Assembly: GCA_031423615.1 (NCBI GenBank)
Contig: JANPFV010000104.1
Span: 32,170-96,169, forward strand
DNA from: Candidatus Omnitrophota bacterium
GTDB lineage: Bacteria; Omnitrophota; Gorgyraeia; Zapsychrales; JANLHA01
DNA: 64,000 nt
Direction: 5' to 3'
Shown: positions 18,737 through 28,383 of the stretch, piece after piece
How positions within the stretch are numbered: position 1 is the first letter of the stretch
How the letters are laid out: each line of letters begins with the position of its first letter
Notes under the pieces: generated by a model
What the model saw: only the letters and a program-made list of their open reading frames with translations
The model's database searches: none
What the model was told of the DNA's origin: nothing
Position numbers and translations under genes: made by a program

Positions 18737-19455
18737 GTCAGGGCAAACCGGTTTATAAAAGCATTCTTTTGAAATTGAGCGGCGAAGCCATGATGGGCAA
18801 ATTTGATCACGGCATCGACGCAGAAATGTGCGCGGCTTTGGCGGGGCAAATCAAGGAAGTCGTCGGCATGGGAGTCACGGTCGCTTTGGTTGTTGGCGGA
18901 GGAAATATTTTTCGTGGGCAAGTGGCTTCTAAAAGTTTTGGTTTAGACCGGTCGGTGGCGGATTATATGGGCATGCTGGCGACTGTTTTAAATGGCTTGG
19001 CTTTACAAAACGCTTTGGAGAAAATCGGCGTCCAGACCCGAGTGATGTCGGCGATTCAAATGCACCAGGTGGCAGAACCGTATATCCGCCGTCGGGCTAT
19101 GCGGCATCTGGAAAAAAAGCGGGTGGTTATTTTCGTCGCCGGGACAGGAAACCCCTTTTTTACGACCGATACCACGGCCGCTCTGCGGGCTGCGGAAATG
19201 GAAGCGGATGTTATTATGAAAGCCACAAAAGTCGACGGCATTTATTCCGCAGACCCGATGGTCGATAAAAAAGCCACAAAGTTTCCCGAATTGAAGTTTA
19301 TAGACGTTTTAAAAAAGAAATTGAAAGTCATGGATTTGACGGCGATCAGTATGTGCATGGACAATAATGTGCCGATTGTGGTTTTTGATATCAATAAGCC
19401 GGGCAATATCAAGAGGGCTGTATTAGGCGAAAAAATTGGAACGATTGTTCATTAA
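18733..19455 (+). CDS. pyrH: UMP kinase
   Basis: [14 protein letters not shown] ... [10 protein letters not shown] motif. Confidence 0.95.
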   Translation: MSQGKPVYKSILLKLSGEAMMGKFDHGIDAEMCAALAGQIKEVVGMGVTVALVVGGGNIFRGQVASKSFGLDRSVADYMGMLATVLNGLALQNALEKIGVQTRVMSAIQMHQVAEPYIRRRAMRHLEKKRVVIFVAGTGNPFFTTDTTAALRAAEMEADVIMKATKVDGIYSADPMVDKKATKFPELKFIDVLKKKLKVMDLTAISMCMDNNVPIVVFDINKPGNIKRAVLGEKIGTIVH

Positions 19456-19469
19456 AGAAGGATTTTGTT

Positions 19470-20030
19470 ATGATCAAAGACATTGTGAAAGAAACATCGG
19501 GTAAGATGCTCAAGGCTTTAGAGTCCGTCCAGCGGGAATTTATGGAAGTCCGCACGGGTCGCGCACATCCGGGTCTCATCGAAGGGATGCACATCGATTA
19601 TTATGGCACTCCTACGATGATCAAAACAATCGCTTCGATTTCTATTCCCGATCCCAAGACCATCATTATCCAGCCGTGGGACGCGAACGCTCTTCCCGAA
19701 ATTGAACGGGCGATCAATATGTCCAAGCTGGGAGTCTCTCCGATCATCGACGGTAAATTGGTCCGTTTGATGATCCCTTCGCTTTCTAAAGAACGGCGCG
19801 AGGAGCTGGTCAAGGTGGTTAAGGACATGGCTGAGCACGGGAGGATTTCTTTGCGGACCATCCGCCGCGATGCCAATGAGCGGATCAAAAAAGTGCAAAG
19901 TGAAGGAAAAGTCTCTGAGGATGATTCATTTCGTGCTCAGGAAGAAGTCCAGAAGTTGACGGATAAATATATTAAGGAAGTTGACCAGGTTCTTGAAGAA
20001 AAAAATAAAGAGCTGGCTGAGTTTAAATAA
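19470..20030 (+). CDS. frr: Ribosome recycling factor
   Basis: Full-length RRF similarity; conserved rpsB-tsf-pyrH-frr order. Confidence 0.95.
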   Translation: MIKDIVKETSGKMLKALESVQREFMEVRTGRAHPGLIEGMHIDYYGTPTMIKTIASISIPDPKTIIIQPWDANALPEIERAINMSKLGVSPIIDGKLVRLMIPSLSKERREELVKVVKDMAEHGRISLRTIRRDANERIKKVQSEGKVSEDDSFRAQEEVQKLTDKYIKEVDQVLEEKNKELAEFK

Positions 20031-20035
20031 ATTTT

Positions 20036-20111
20036 GACCCACTAGCTCATCAGGTAGAGCACAGCCCTTTTAAGGCTGGTGTGCCGCGTTCGAGTCGCGG
20101 GTGGGTCACCA
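20036..20111 (+). tRNA. tRNA-Lys (anticodon TTT), CCA encoded
   Basis: Acceptor GACCCAC/GTGGGTC, D-arm GCTCATCAGGTAGAGC, anticodon loop CTTTTAA, T-arm GTTCGAGTC, ends ACCA. Confidence 0.7.
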
Positions 20112-20219
20112 ATATTTTTATTGCGTGCCCGGGCCAGTGACGAAGCCCCTTTTGTGGGACGCATCAGATCAAGAGAAGTTTTAACGTTCGTAGAGTATTA
20201 ATTTTGTAGAGAGCTCCAC

Positions 20220-20300
20220 GGGCGGATGGCGGAATGGTAGACGCGCATGTCTTAGGAACATGTGAGGAGACTCGTGGAGGTTCAAGTCCTCTTCCGCCCA
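20220..20300 (+). tRNA. tRNA-Leu (anticodon TAG), long variable arm
   Basis: Acceptor GGGCGGA/TCCGCCC, D-arm GCGGAATGGTAGACGC, anticodon stem CATGT/ACATG with loop CTTAGGA, T-arm GGAGGTTCAAGTCCTCT. Confidence 0.65.
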
Positions 20301-20389
20301 TATGTGATTTAGGAAGGTCATCTAGGAATGTAATTTGGGAATGTGATTGAGGAGTGGAGGTTCTCCCAGAATTTAGTTCTTTCTATTTT

Positions 20390-20463
20390 GCGGCGGTAAT
20401 TCAGTTGGCTAGAATGCGACCTTGCCAAGGTCGATGTCATGGGTTCAAATCCCATCCGCCGCT
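20390..20463 (+). tRNA. tRNA-Gly (anticodon GCC)
   Basis: Acceptor GCGGCGG/CCGCCGC, anticodon stem CGACC/GGTCG with loop TTGCCAA, T-arm ATGGGTTCAAATCCCAT. Confidence 0.7.
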
Positions 20464-20495
20464 TATTTCTTTTTCTAAGTATTAAGGAGCCCCAC

Positions 20496-20966
20496 ATGAA
20501 GATCAGCGAATTTCTCTGCACCAAAGCCGTAACATCCGACCTCAAAGCGACGACCAAAAAAGAAGTAATAGAAGAACTCGTTGACCTCTTGGTCAAGGCT
20601 GGCGCAATTGAAAAGAAAATCCGGAACAAACTTGTTGAAACTCTCATGGTCCGCGAGGCCTTGGGCTCGACGGCCATTGGACAGGGTGTCGCCATTCCGC
20701 ACGGGAAATGTGAAAGTGTCACCAAGTTGACAGCCGCGTTGGGAATCAGCAAAAAAGGCATAGACTTTGATTCTTTGGACGGTGAGCCTGCTTATATCTT
20801 TTTTCTTTTAGCGGCGCCGATTGATTCAGCCGGACCTCACCTCAAAGCCTTGCAAAGGATCACCCGTCTGCTCAAAGACAAATACTTCCGGGAAAACTTT
20901 AAATCCGCTAAGGATGAGAAGGTCATTTTGGCGCTATTGACTCAAGACGACGGCCAGACCGTATAA
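20496..20966 (+). CDS. ptsN: PTS EIIA(Ntr)-type nitrogen-regulatory protein
   Basis: EIIA-2 family sequence with the active His (AIPHGKC); AAGGAG RBS. The ORF-track start at 20439 lies inside tRNA-Gly and is rejected. Confidence 0.8.
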   Translation: MKISEFLCTKAVTSDLKATTKKEVIEELVDLLVKAGAIEKKIRNKLVETLMVREALGSTAIGQGVAIPHGKCESVTKLTAALGISKKGIDFDSLDGEPAYIFFLLAAPIDSAGPHLKALQRITRLLKDKYFRENFKSAKDEKVILALLTQDDGQTV

Positions 20967-20973
20967 CTTTTCT

Positions 20974-22212
20974 ATGCCCAGCAATTTGTTAAAGTGGCTG
21001 TATCCCGGCATGAGAATAAAAAGGTGGCTTTCGATTGCCGCCAGCGGTGTTCTCATTGTGGCATTCGGATCATTGGCCGCCGGAGCTCCGTATTGGCAAG
21101 TGCGTAGTCTCGGCGTCATTATCCTCATTTGCGGAATCACTTTAATCGTTTTAGGAATAGGAAAGCTGATTGTTTCTTTTATCACGCTTTTTCTTCCTGA
21201 AGGAGAACGAGAACTCGTTAATATTTTGTACGAAAAGCGTTTTCTTGAGCGGGGCCCCAAAATTGTCACGGTTGGCGGCGGACATGGATTATCGAATCTT
21301 TTGTTGGGGTTAAAAGATTATACCGCTAATTTAACGGCGATTGTGACCGTAGCCGACAGCGGGGGATCTTCCGGACGATTGCGCGAGGAGTTTAATATTG
21401 TCGCCCCGGGTGATATTCGCAATTGTCTTGTGGCTTTGGCCGACGCTCCCAAATTGATGGGCGAGCTTTTTCAGTTTCGTTTTTCCACTGCCTCCCAGTT
21501 AGACGGGCATAATTTCGGAAATTTATTTTTGACGGCGATGGTGCAGGTCACCGGTGATTTTGAAATGGCCGTCAAGGAGTCGAGTAAGGTCCTGGCGATC
21601 CGGGGACATGTTGTTCCGGCGACGGTGAGCAATGTCCAGCTTGTCGCGGAATACGAAGACGGCAGCATTACGGAAGGCGAAGCCCAAATCCCTAAGCCGG
21701 GATTACGCATCAAACAGGTTTTTTTAAAACCGGATGATCCTTTGCCGACCCAGGACGCGCTGGATGCCATTGAACAGGCGGAAGTGATTATTCTTGGCCC
21801 GGGAAGTCTTTATACCAGTGTTATTCCAAATCTTTTGATCAAGAAAATTAGCGAATATATCTCCAAGTCCAAGGCATACAAAATTTATGTTTGCAATGTC
21901 ATGACCCAGCCCGGAGAAACGGATCATTATTCGGCCAATGAACACTTGGAAGCTATTGTCAACCATTCGAGCCCCCAGATATTAAATGCGTGCTTGGTGA
22001 ATTCCACGGAAGTGCCTTTGGAAGCCCGTGAACGTTACGAAATGGCGGGAGCTTCCCCGGTGACGGCCGATATGCAAAGAATTGAAGCCATGGGCATCAC
22101 GGCGGTGGGTACGGATCTTTTGAGTGTCAATGATTATGTCCGTCATGATTCGCAAAAGTTGACCAAGGCCTTGATCACGCTTATCGAAAAAAACCGCGTG
22201 ATCAAAAGGTAA
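20974..22212 (+). CDS. yvcK: YvcK/CofD-family gluconeogenesis factor (UPF0052) with an N-terminal two-TM extension
   Basis: VTVGGGHGLSNLLLGLK signature; about 80 aa hydrophobic N-terminal extension not present in classical YvcK. Confidence 0.75.
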   Translation: MPSNLLKWLYPGMRIKRWLSIAASGVLIVAFGSLAAGAPYWQVRSLGVIILICGITLIVLGIGKLIVSFITLFLPEGERELVNILYEKRFLERGPKIVTVGGGHGLSNLLLGLKDYTANLTAIVTVADSGGSSGRLREEFNIVAPGDIRNCLVALADAPKLMGELFQFRFSTASQLDGHNFGNLFLTAMVQVTGDFEMAVKESSKVLAIRGHVVPATVSNVQLVAEYEDGSITEGEAQIPKPGLRIKQVFLKPDDPLPTQDALDAIEQAEVIILGPGSLYTSVIPNLLIKKISEYISKSKAYKIYVCNVMTQPGETDHYSANEHLEAIVNHSSPQILNACLVNSTEVPLEARERYEMAGASPVTADMQRIEAMGITAVGTDLLSVNDYVRHDSQKLTKALITLIEKNRVIKR

Positions 22213-22219
22213 GACACTT

Positions 22220-22483
22220 ATGCCACGGATTGAAAAGGAGATTATTGTAAGAAGCCAACAGGGCCTGCATGCCCGGCCTGCCGCGCTTTTTGTCCAGACG
22301 GCCGTCAAATATGATGCCAGTCTCAATATTAAAAAGGACGAGGAGACCGTCAATGGGAAGTCTATCATGGGAATCTTGATGCTGGGTATTCAGTGCAACA
22401 CTCCTATTATCCTTATCGCCGAGGGAGACGATGCCGAAGCTTTGATCGCGGAGCTGGAAGCATTTTTAAGCAAAGATGAATGA
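22220..22483 (+). CDS. ptsH: Phosphocarrier protein HPr
   Basis: His15 motif GLHARPA and Ser46 motif GKSIMGI are both present. Confidence 0.9.
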   Translation: MPRIEKEIIVRSQQGLHARPAALFVQTAVKYDASLNIKKDEETVNGKSIMGILMLGIQCNTPIILIAEGDDAEALIAELEAFLSKDE

Positions 22484-24242
22484 ACTTGTTTTAAAAGGTG
22501 TTCCGGCCGCTCCGGGGATTGCTATCGGGTCCGCTTATATCATTGACAAGCAGGACGTGATTATCCCTCCGCGTGCGATTTTGGAAAAGGAAATTCCCAT
22601 TGAAATCGCCCGCTTTGAAGAAGCCCTTCTTAAGACCCGCGAGCAAATTTCCGCATTAAAGAAAAAAATCAGCGACGAAATCGGCAGTCAGCACGCCCAG
22701 ATTTTTGACGCCCACCTTTTGGTCCTTGAAGATCGCATGTTAATCGAAGACGTTGTCAAGAAAATCCGCACCGACAAGCAATCGGCGGAATATGTTTTTT
22801 CGAATGTTTTTAAAAAATACATCAAGGTTTTCGCCAATATTGAAGATGAATATTTGCGCGAGCGATCCAGCGATGTGAATGATATTGCTCGACGGGTGCT
22901 TAAAAATCTCATCGATGAAACGCGCTATACCCACGAGCTGGAAAATCTTTCCGAAGAACTGGTCATTATCGCCCACGATCTTTCTCCGTCGGATACGGCG
23001 AGCATGTTCAATAAAAATGTCCTGGCTTTTGCCACCGACATCGGCGGCCGCACGTCTCATACCGCGATCATGGCCAAATCCTTAGGGGTGCCTGCCGTAG
23101 TCGGCCTTAAGGACGCGACCTTGCGCATCAGTAATCAGGATATGGTCATTGTCGATGGTCGGATGGGTTTAGTCATTGTCCATCCGCAGGAGAAAACTTT
23201 AAACATCTATCGCGCGGAAAAAACCCGTATCCTTTCCATGCGTCACCGTTTTGACGACATTAAAGATTTGCCGTCGGAAACCAAGGACGGCCGGAAGCTG
23301 GACGTTTGTGCCAACCTTGAACTTCCGGAGGAAATCCCGATGATTCTGACTCGCGGCGCGGCCGGAATCGGATTGTATCGCACGGAATATTTTTATATGA
23401 ATCGGGTTGATCTTCCCAATGAGGAAGAGCAGTTTAATGCTTATAAGAAAGTCGCACAATCCATGTCGCCGCTTCCGGTCACAATCCGGACCCTTGATCT
23501 CGGCGGGGACAAATTCATTTCCAGTTTACAGATTCCCCGTGATATGTATCCTTTTTTGGGCTGGCGAGCTTTGAAATTTTGTCTGGAACGGCCTGATATT
23601 TTTGAGACCCAGCTGAGAGCTATTTTGCGGGCATCGTATTATGGTAAGGTACGGATGATGTATCCTATGGTTTCCGGCCCGGGAGAATTTAGAAGTGTCA
23701 ATGTTGTTTTAGAACGGGTGAAAAATAATTTACGAAAAGAGAAGGTCCCTTTCGATGAGGAAATGGAAGTCGGAGCGATGATCGAGGTCCCTTCTGCAGC
23801 GATGACATCCGATATTCTAGCCAAAGAGGCCAAATTCTTCAGTATCGGAACCAATGATCTTATTCAATACACCTTGGCCATCGACCGCGTCAATGAGCAG
23901 ACCGCGGCGTTTTATGAACCTTGTCATCCCGCTGTTTTGCGTTTGATCCAGCGTACGGTTGAGGCCGGACACAAGGAAAACATCAAGGTGGCTCTTTGCG
24001 GGGAAATGTCGAGTGAGCCGATTTATGCGCTTATTTTGCTGGGTTTGGAACTTGATGAATTCAGTATGTCGCCGGGAAATATTTTACAAGTCAAAAAGAT
24101 GATCCGCAGCGTCAGTTTTCATGACGCCAAGGAATTGGCGCAAAGGGCCTTGCAGCTGACCACCGGGCAAGAGATTGAGGAGCTTTGCCGGAGCCGGTTA
24201 CAGGAACTGGCCCCTAATATTTTTAACACCGACGGATCTTGA
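22476..24242 (+). CDS. ptsI: PTS enzyme I (PEP-protein phosphotransferase)
   Basis: Full-length EI similarity including the GGRTSHTAIMAKSLGVPAVVG phosphohistidine region and PEP-utilising domain. Confidence 0.9.
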   Translation: MNELVLKGVPAAPGIAIGSAYIIDKQDVIIPPRAILEKEIPIEIARFEEALLKTREQISALKKKISDEIGSQHAQIFDAHLLVLEDRMLIEDVVKKIRTDKQSAEYVFSNVFKKYIKVFANIEDEYLRERSSDVNDIARRVLKNLIDETRYTHELENLSEELVIIAHDLSPSDTASMFNKNVLAFATDIGGRTSHTAIMAKSLGVPAVVGLKDATLRISNQDMVIVDGRMGLVIVHPQEKTLNIYRAEKTRILSMRHRFDDIKDLPSETKDGRKLDVCANLELPEEIPMILTRGAAGIGLYRTEYFYMNRVDLPNEEEQFNAYKKVAQSMSPLPVTIRTLDLGGDKFISSLQIPRDMYPFLGWRALKFCLERPDIFETQLRAILRASYYGKVRMMYPMVSGPGEFRSVNVVLERVKNNLRKEKVPFDEEMEVGAMIEVPSAAMTSDILAKEAKFFSIGTNDLIQYTLAIDRVNEQTAAFYEPCHPAVLRLIQRTVEAGHKENIKVALCGEMSSEPIYALILLGLELDEFSMSPGNILQVKKMIRSVSFHDAKELAQRALQLTTGQEIEELCRSRLQELAPNIFNTDGS

Positions 24243-24257
24243 TTAAGGACGATACTC

Positions 24258-24998
24258 ATGAAAGCTCTCATTTTAGCTGCGGGTTACGGGACACGGTTGG
24301 CTTCCATCGCCGCAAATACACCTAAACCTTTATTGCCGGTTAACCATCAACCTTTGATCAATTACATCGTCGATAAATTGCGGGGCCTGCCGGATTTAAA
24401 CGAGCTGCTTGTTATCACCAATGAAAAGTTTCATACGCATTTTGAATTGTGGGCCAAGGGCCTGCAAAAAAATTTTCCCGTTCCTATTAAAATTATTAAT
24501 GATGGGACGACGACTCCCGAAGGTCGGCTGGGATCGGTGGGTGACATTAATTTTACGATCAAAAAAACCGGCTTAAGCGACGATTTGTTTGTCCTTGGGG
24601 GAGACAATCTATTTGATTATCAACTCAATGATTTTGTAACTTTTGCTTCAAAAAAACGTTCAGCGGTGACCATTGGGCTGTATGATATCCACGATTTGAA
24701 GGAAGCTCATATGTACGGGGTTGTAGAAATCGGACCCGACGGGAAATTGGTATCTTTTGAAGAAAAACCGGAAAAGCCAAAATCCACTTTGATTTCGATG
24801 TGTTGCTATTATTTTCCTAAGGGAACATTACCCTATCTTCCCCAGTATGAGAAAGTATCGGGCAAAATGGATAAGGCGGGAGAATATATTCGCTGGGTCA
24901 GTGAAGAAAAAGAGGTTTACGGTTTTACTTTTTCCGGAAAATGGTATGATATCGGAAGTATTGAATCCTATAAAGAAGCTCAAGAGAATTTTAAGTAG
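24258..24998 (+). CDS. Sugar-phosphate nucleotidyltransferase (NTP_transferase family; RmlA/HddC-like)
   Basis: MKALILAAGYGTRLxxxxxxxPKPLLPV N-terminal signature. Confidence 0.7.
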   Translation: MKALILAAGYGTRLASIAANTPKPLLPVNHQPLINYIVDKLRGLPDLNELLVITNEKFHTHFELWAKGLQKNFPVPIKIINDGTTTPEGRLGSVGDINFTIKKTGLSDDLFVLGGDNLFDYQLNDFVTFASKKRSAVTIGLYDIHDLKEAHMYGVVEIGPDGKLVSFEEKPEKPKSTLISMCCYYFPKGTLPYLPQYEKVSGKMDKAGEYIRWVSEEKEVYGFTFSGKWYDIGSIESYKEAQENFK

Positions 24999-25060
24999 TC
25001 CCCAGCCACAAGGGCGAGGGAATCCATTTAATGGCTGAACCATGAAAGGATGGTTGTCAG

Positions 25061-26263
25061 ATGAAAGGAAAGTATTTTATTACATCAGAATCCGTAGGGA
25101 ACGGTCACCCGGATAAAGTTTGCGATCAAATTTCAGATTCGATTTTGGATGCGGTTTTAAGGGAAGATCCCAAAGGCCGTGTGGCTTGCGAAACTTTTAT
25201 TACCGCCGGTTTGGTCATCGTGGGTGGTGAAATCACGACGTCGACCTATATCGATGTGCAAAAATTGGTTCGAAAGGTTTTAAGCGGCATCGGCTACACG
25301 GATATCAAATATGGTTTTAGCGCCGATACCTGCGCCATATTAAACGCTATTAACGCTCAATCTCCGGATATTTCCCAAGGGGTCGACACCGGCGGAGCCG
25401 GAGATCAAGGCATCATGATCGGTTATGCGTGTGATGAAACCCCGGAACTCATGCCGCTTCCTATCATGCTCGCCCACAAATTGGTTCGCCGCGTTGAAGA
25501 AGTTCGCACCAAGGGGATTTTGGATTATCTGGGCCCGGATTGTAAAAGTCAGGTCACCGTCGAGTATAAAGATGGAATTCCTCAGCGCATCGATACGGTT
25601 GTTTTAGCCTGCCAGCACTTAGAAAAAATCTTGGACAAAACCGGCAAGTTCATCACGCAAGAAGCTAAAAAGGAAATCATCAAAGTCATTGCTATGCCCA
25701 TCGTCGGCAAAATGATCGACGCCAAAACAAAATTCTTCGTCAATGAAACCGGCAAGTTCGTTGTCGGCGGGCCGCAGTCGGACACCGGTGTGACCGGCCG
25801 CAAGATCATTGTCGATACTTACGGCGGAGTTGTTTCACACGGCGGCGGGGCTTTTTCCGGTAAGGATCCGACCAAGGTTGACCGTTCCGCAACCTATATG
25901 GCCCGCTATGTGGCCAAAAACATTGTGGCGGCCGGTTTAGCGAAGCGTTGCTGGATACAAATCGGATACGCCATTGGTGTGGCTGAGCCGGTCAGCGTTA
26001 TGGTCGATACTTTCGGTACAGGGAACATTGCTGATGAGGCTTTGACCGATTTGGTCCGCAAGTATTTTGATATGACCCCGCGGGCCATTATTAAGGAATT
26101 GGATTTGCAAAAGCCAGTTTATCAAAGGACGGCCGCTTACGGCCATTTTGGGCGGGAAGAATTCACATGGGAAAAAACGGACAAGGCCGCTACGCTTAAA
26201 AAGGCGGCAAATCCAACACCCGTCGCTGCATCGTCTAAAAAAAAAGATAAAGTTTTAGTTTAG
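25061..26263 (+). CDS. metK: S-adenosylmethionine synthetase
   Basis: [25 protein letters not shown] and [16 protein letters not shown] motifs. Confidence 0.95.
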   Translation: MKGKYFITSESVGNGHPDKVCDQISDSILDAVLREDPKGRVACETFITAGLVIVGGEITTSTYIDVQKLVRKVLSGIGYTDIKYGFSADTCAILNAINAQSPDISQGVDTGGAGDQGIMIGYACDETPELMPLPIMLAHKLVRRVEEVRTKGILDYLGPDCKSQVTVEYKDGIPQRIDTVVLACQHLEKILDKTGKFITQEAKKEIIKVIAMPIVGKMIDAKTKFFVNETGKFVVGGPQSDTGVTGRKIIVDTYGGVVSHGGGAFSGKDPTKVDRSATYMARYVAKNIVAAGLAKRCWIQIGYAIGVAEPVSVMVDTFGTGNIADEALTDLVRKYFDMTPRAIIKELDLQKPVYQRTAAYGHFGREEFTWEKTDKAATLKKAANPTPVAASSKKKDKVLV

Positions 26264-26271
26264 GAGAAATC

Positions 26272-27594
26272 ATGGAAGACACTCAAACCGTACCTGCGGC
26301 AAACCGGACCGCGAATTATACAAAAAGGGAAGTTCGCATGAAGTATGACGTCAAAGACATCAATTTAGCTAAAAAGGGGAAACTACGCATCGAATGGGCG
26401 TTTAAGGATATGCCGGTTTTGTCTTTGATTGAGCAGCGTTTTGAAAAAGAAAAACCTTTAAAGGGATTGCGAGTTGCGGCCTGTTTGCATGTCACGACGG
26501 AAACAGGAAATCTGGCCCGCGTTTTAAAAGCTGGCGGGGCGGATGTTTTTATTTGCGCCTCGAATCCTTTATCCACCCAAGACGACGTTGCCGCTTCTCT
26601 CGTCAAGGATTATGGTATTCCCACCTTTGCCATTAAAGGAGAAGATACCAAAACATATTACAGTCATTTGAACGCGGTGTTAGACAGCCGCCCGAATTTG
26701 ACGATGGATGATGGGGCAGACTTGGTTTCAGAAATCCATCAAAAGCGTAAAGATCTTTTAAAGGATATTCTGGCCGGAACCGAGGAAACCACGACGGGCG
26801 TTATCCGTTTAAAGAGTCTGGAAAAGAGTAAACTGTTGATGTATCCCATCATTGCGGTCAATGATGCCTTAACCAAACATTTTTTTGATAACCGTTATGG
26901 AACCGGCCAATCCACATTAGATGGAATCATCCGTGCAACCAATCGTTTGGTTGCCGGCTCCAGTTTTGTCGTTTGCGGTTACGGCTGGTGCGGCCGCGGT
27001 GTGGCGATGCGTGCGTCGGGTTTAGGGGCACGCGTTATTGTGACCGAGGTTGATCCGCTAAAGGCGTTGGAAGCGGTCATGGATGGTTATGATGTCATGC
27101 CGATCAAGGAGGCTGCAAAAATTGGTGATTTTTTTGTCACGGTAACAGGCGACATTAACGTCATCCGTGCCGAGCACATGGCGACAATGAAAGAAGGGGC
27201 CATTATGTGCAACTCCGGGCACTTCAATGCTGAACTTGATATCGCCGGTTTGGAAAGAATTACGAAATCTCGTCGGATGATCCGAGATTATGTGGAAGAA
27301 TTCTCGTTAAAGAATGGTAAAAATATTTATCTTTTAGGAGAGGGACGCCTGATTAACCTCGCATCGGCGGAAGGACATCCGGCTTCGGTCATGGACATGA
27401 GCTTTGCCAATCAAGCTTTGGCTTCGGAATTTGTCGCCATGAATTATAAAAAGCTTGACAAGAAAGTTTACAGTGTTCCCCAAGATATTGATCAAAATAT
27501 TGCGAAACTTAAGTTGAAGGCCTTGGGTATTAAGATCGACGTTTTGACGCCGGAACAAAAGAAATATCTTTCCAGCTGGGAGATGGGCACCTAA
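26272..27594 (+). CDS. ahcY: Adenosylhomocysteinase
   Basis: Full-length SAHH similarity (NAD-binding GYGWCGRG, catalytic regions); the true start may be the internal MKYDVKD at 26338. Confidence 0.9.
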   Translation: MEDTQTVPAANRTANYTKREVRMKYDVKDINLAKKGKLRIEWAFKDMPVLSLIEQRFEKEKPLKGLRVAACLHVTTETGNLARVLKAGGADVFICASNPLSTQDDVAASLVKDYGIPTFAIKGEDTKTYYSHLNAVLDSRPNLTMDDGADLVSEIHQKRKDLLKDILAGTEETTTGVIRLKSLEKSKLLMYPIIAVNDALTKHFFDNRYGTGQSTLDGIIRATNRLVAGSSFVVCGYGWCGRGVAMRASGLGARVIVTEVDPLKALEAVMDGYDVMPIKEAAKIGDFFVTVTGDINVIRAEHMATMKEGAIMCNSGHFNAELDIAGLERITKSRRMIRDYVEEFSLKNGKNIYLLGEGRLINLASAEGHPASVMDMSFANQALASEFVAMNYKKLDKKVYSVPQDIDQNIAKLKLKALGIKIDVLTPEQKKYLSSWEMGT

Positions 27595-27615
27595 AGGAGA
27601 GTTTTAGATTCAAAA

Positions 27616-27663
27616 ACACCGTTCTTGCGAGTCTGTATCGCGGGGGCGGTGTTTTCTTTAATT
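27616..27663 (+). terminator. Putative rho-independent terminator after ahcY
   Basis: Two-tier hairpin ACACCG...GCGA-gtctgta-TCGC...CGGTGT followed by TTTCTTTAATTT. Confidence 0.4.
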
Positions 27664-27705
27664 TCGCTACTACTCATTTTTCCATTTGAAATGAGGGATA
27701 AAAAA

Positions 27706-28383
27706 ATGAAGATTTTATTAGTTGAGGATGACAAACAAACGGCGCGATTTATCCTTAAGGGCCTGAAACAGGAAGGGTATTTTGTTAACCATGCTGAAAA
27801 TGGCGAAGATGGACTTTACTCTGCCGAGATGGAAAATTATGATTTAGCGATTGTTGACATCATGATACCCAAGCTCGATGGGCTCAAAATGGTTGAACAA
27901 TTACGCAAAAAGAAAATTCTTACCCCCGTTATTATTCTGAGTGCTAAAAATAGCGTCGATGACCGTATCCGCGGATTACAGATGGGCGGCGATGATTATT
28001 TAGTCAAGCCCTTTGCCTTTGCGGAATTATTGGCACGAATTAAGGCTATTGTTCGGCGGAGCAACTCCAAAGCAGAGACGACCATTCTGCAGGTTGGCGA
28101 TTTAATTCTAGATATCGTCAAACGGAAAGTTTTTCGCGAGAGTAAGGAAATCACCCTTCCTGTTGGAGAGTTTCTTTTGCTTGAATATTTGATGCAAAAT
28201 GCGGGAAGGGTCGTTTCCAAGACCATGATTATTGAAAATGTTTGGAGTTATCACTTTGACCCGGAAACAAATGTCATTGAAGCGCGTATCAGCCGATTGA
28301 GAAGCAAAATCGACCAGTCTTTTAAGAAAAAACTTTTGCACACCGTGCGGGGATTTGGATATGTTGTGGAAGAAAGGGAATAA
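27706..28383 (+). CDS. OmpR-family response regulator
   Basis: Receiver domain (MKILLVEDD ... D at DIMIPKLDG) plus winged-helix C-terminus; GAGGGA RBS; the ORF-track 5' extension is rejected. Confidence 0.85.
   Translation: MKILLVEDDKQTARFILKGLKQEGYFVNHAENGEDGLYSAEMENYDLAIVDIMIPKLDGLKMVEQLRKKKILTPVIILSAKNSVDDRIRGLQMGGDDYLVKPFAFAELLARIKAIVRRSNSKAETTILQVGDLILDIVKRKVFRESKEITLPVGEFLLLEYLMQNAGRVVSKTMIIENVWSYHFDPETNVIEARISRLRSKIDQSFKKKLLHTVRGFGYVVEERE

Noticed and set aside
20439-20495. ORF-track start of ptsN
   Set aside because: The extension lies within the tRNA-Gly gene. The ATG at 20496 has an AAGGAG RBS.
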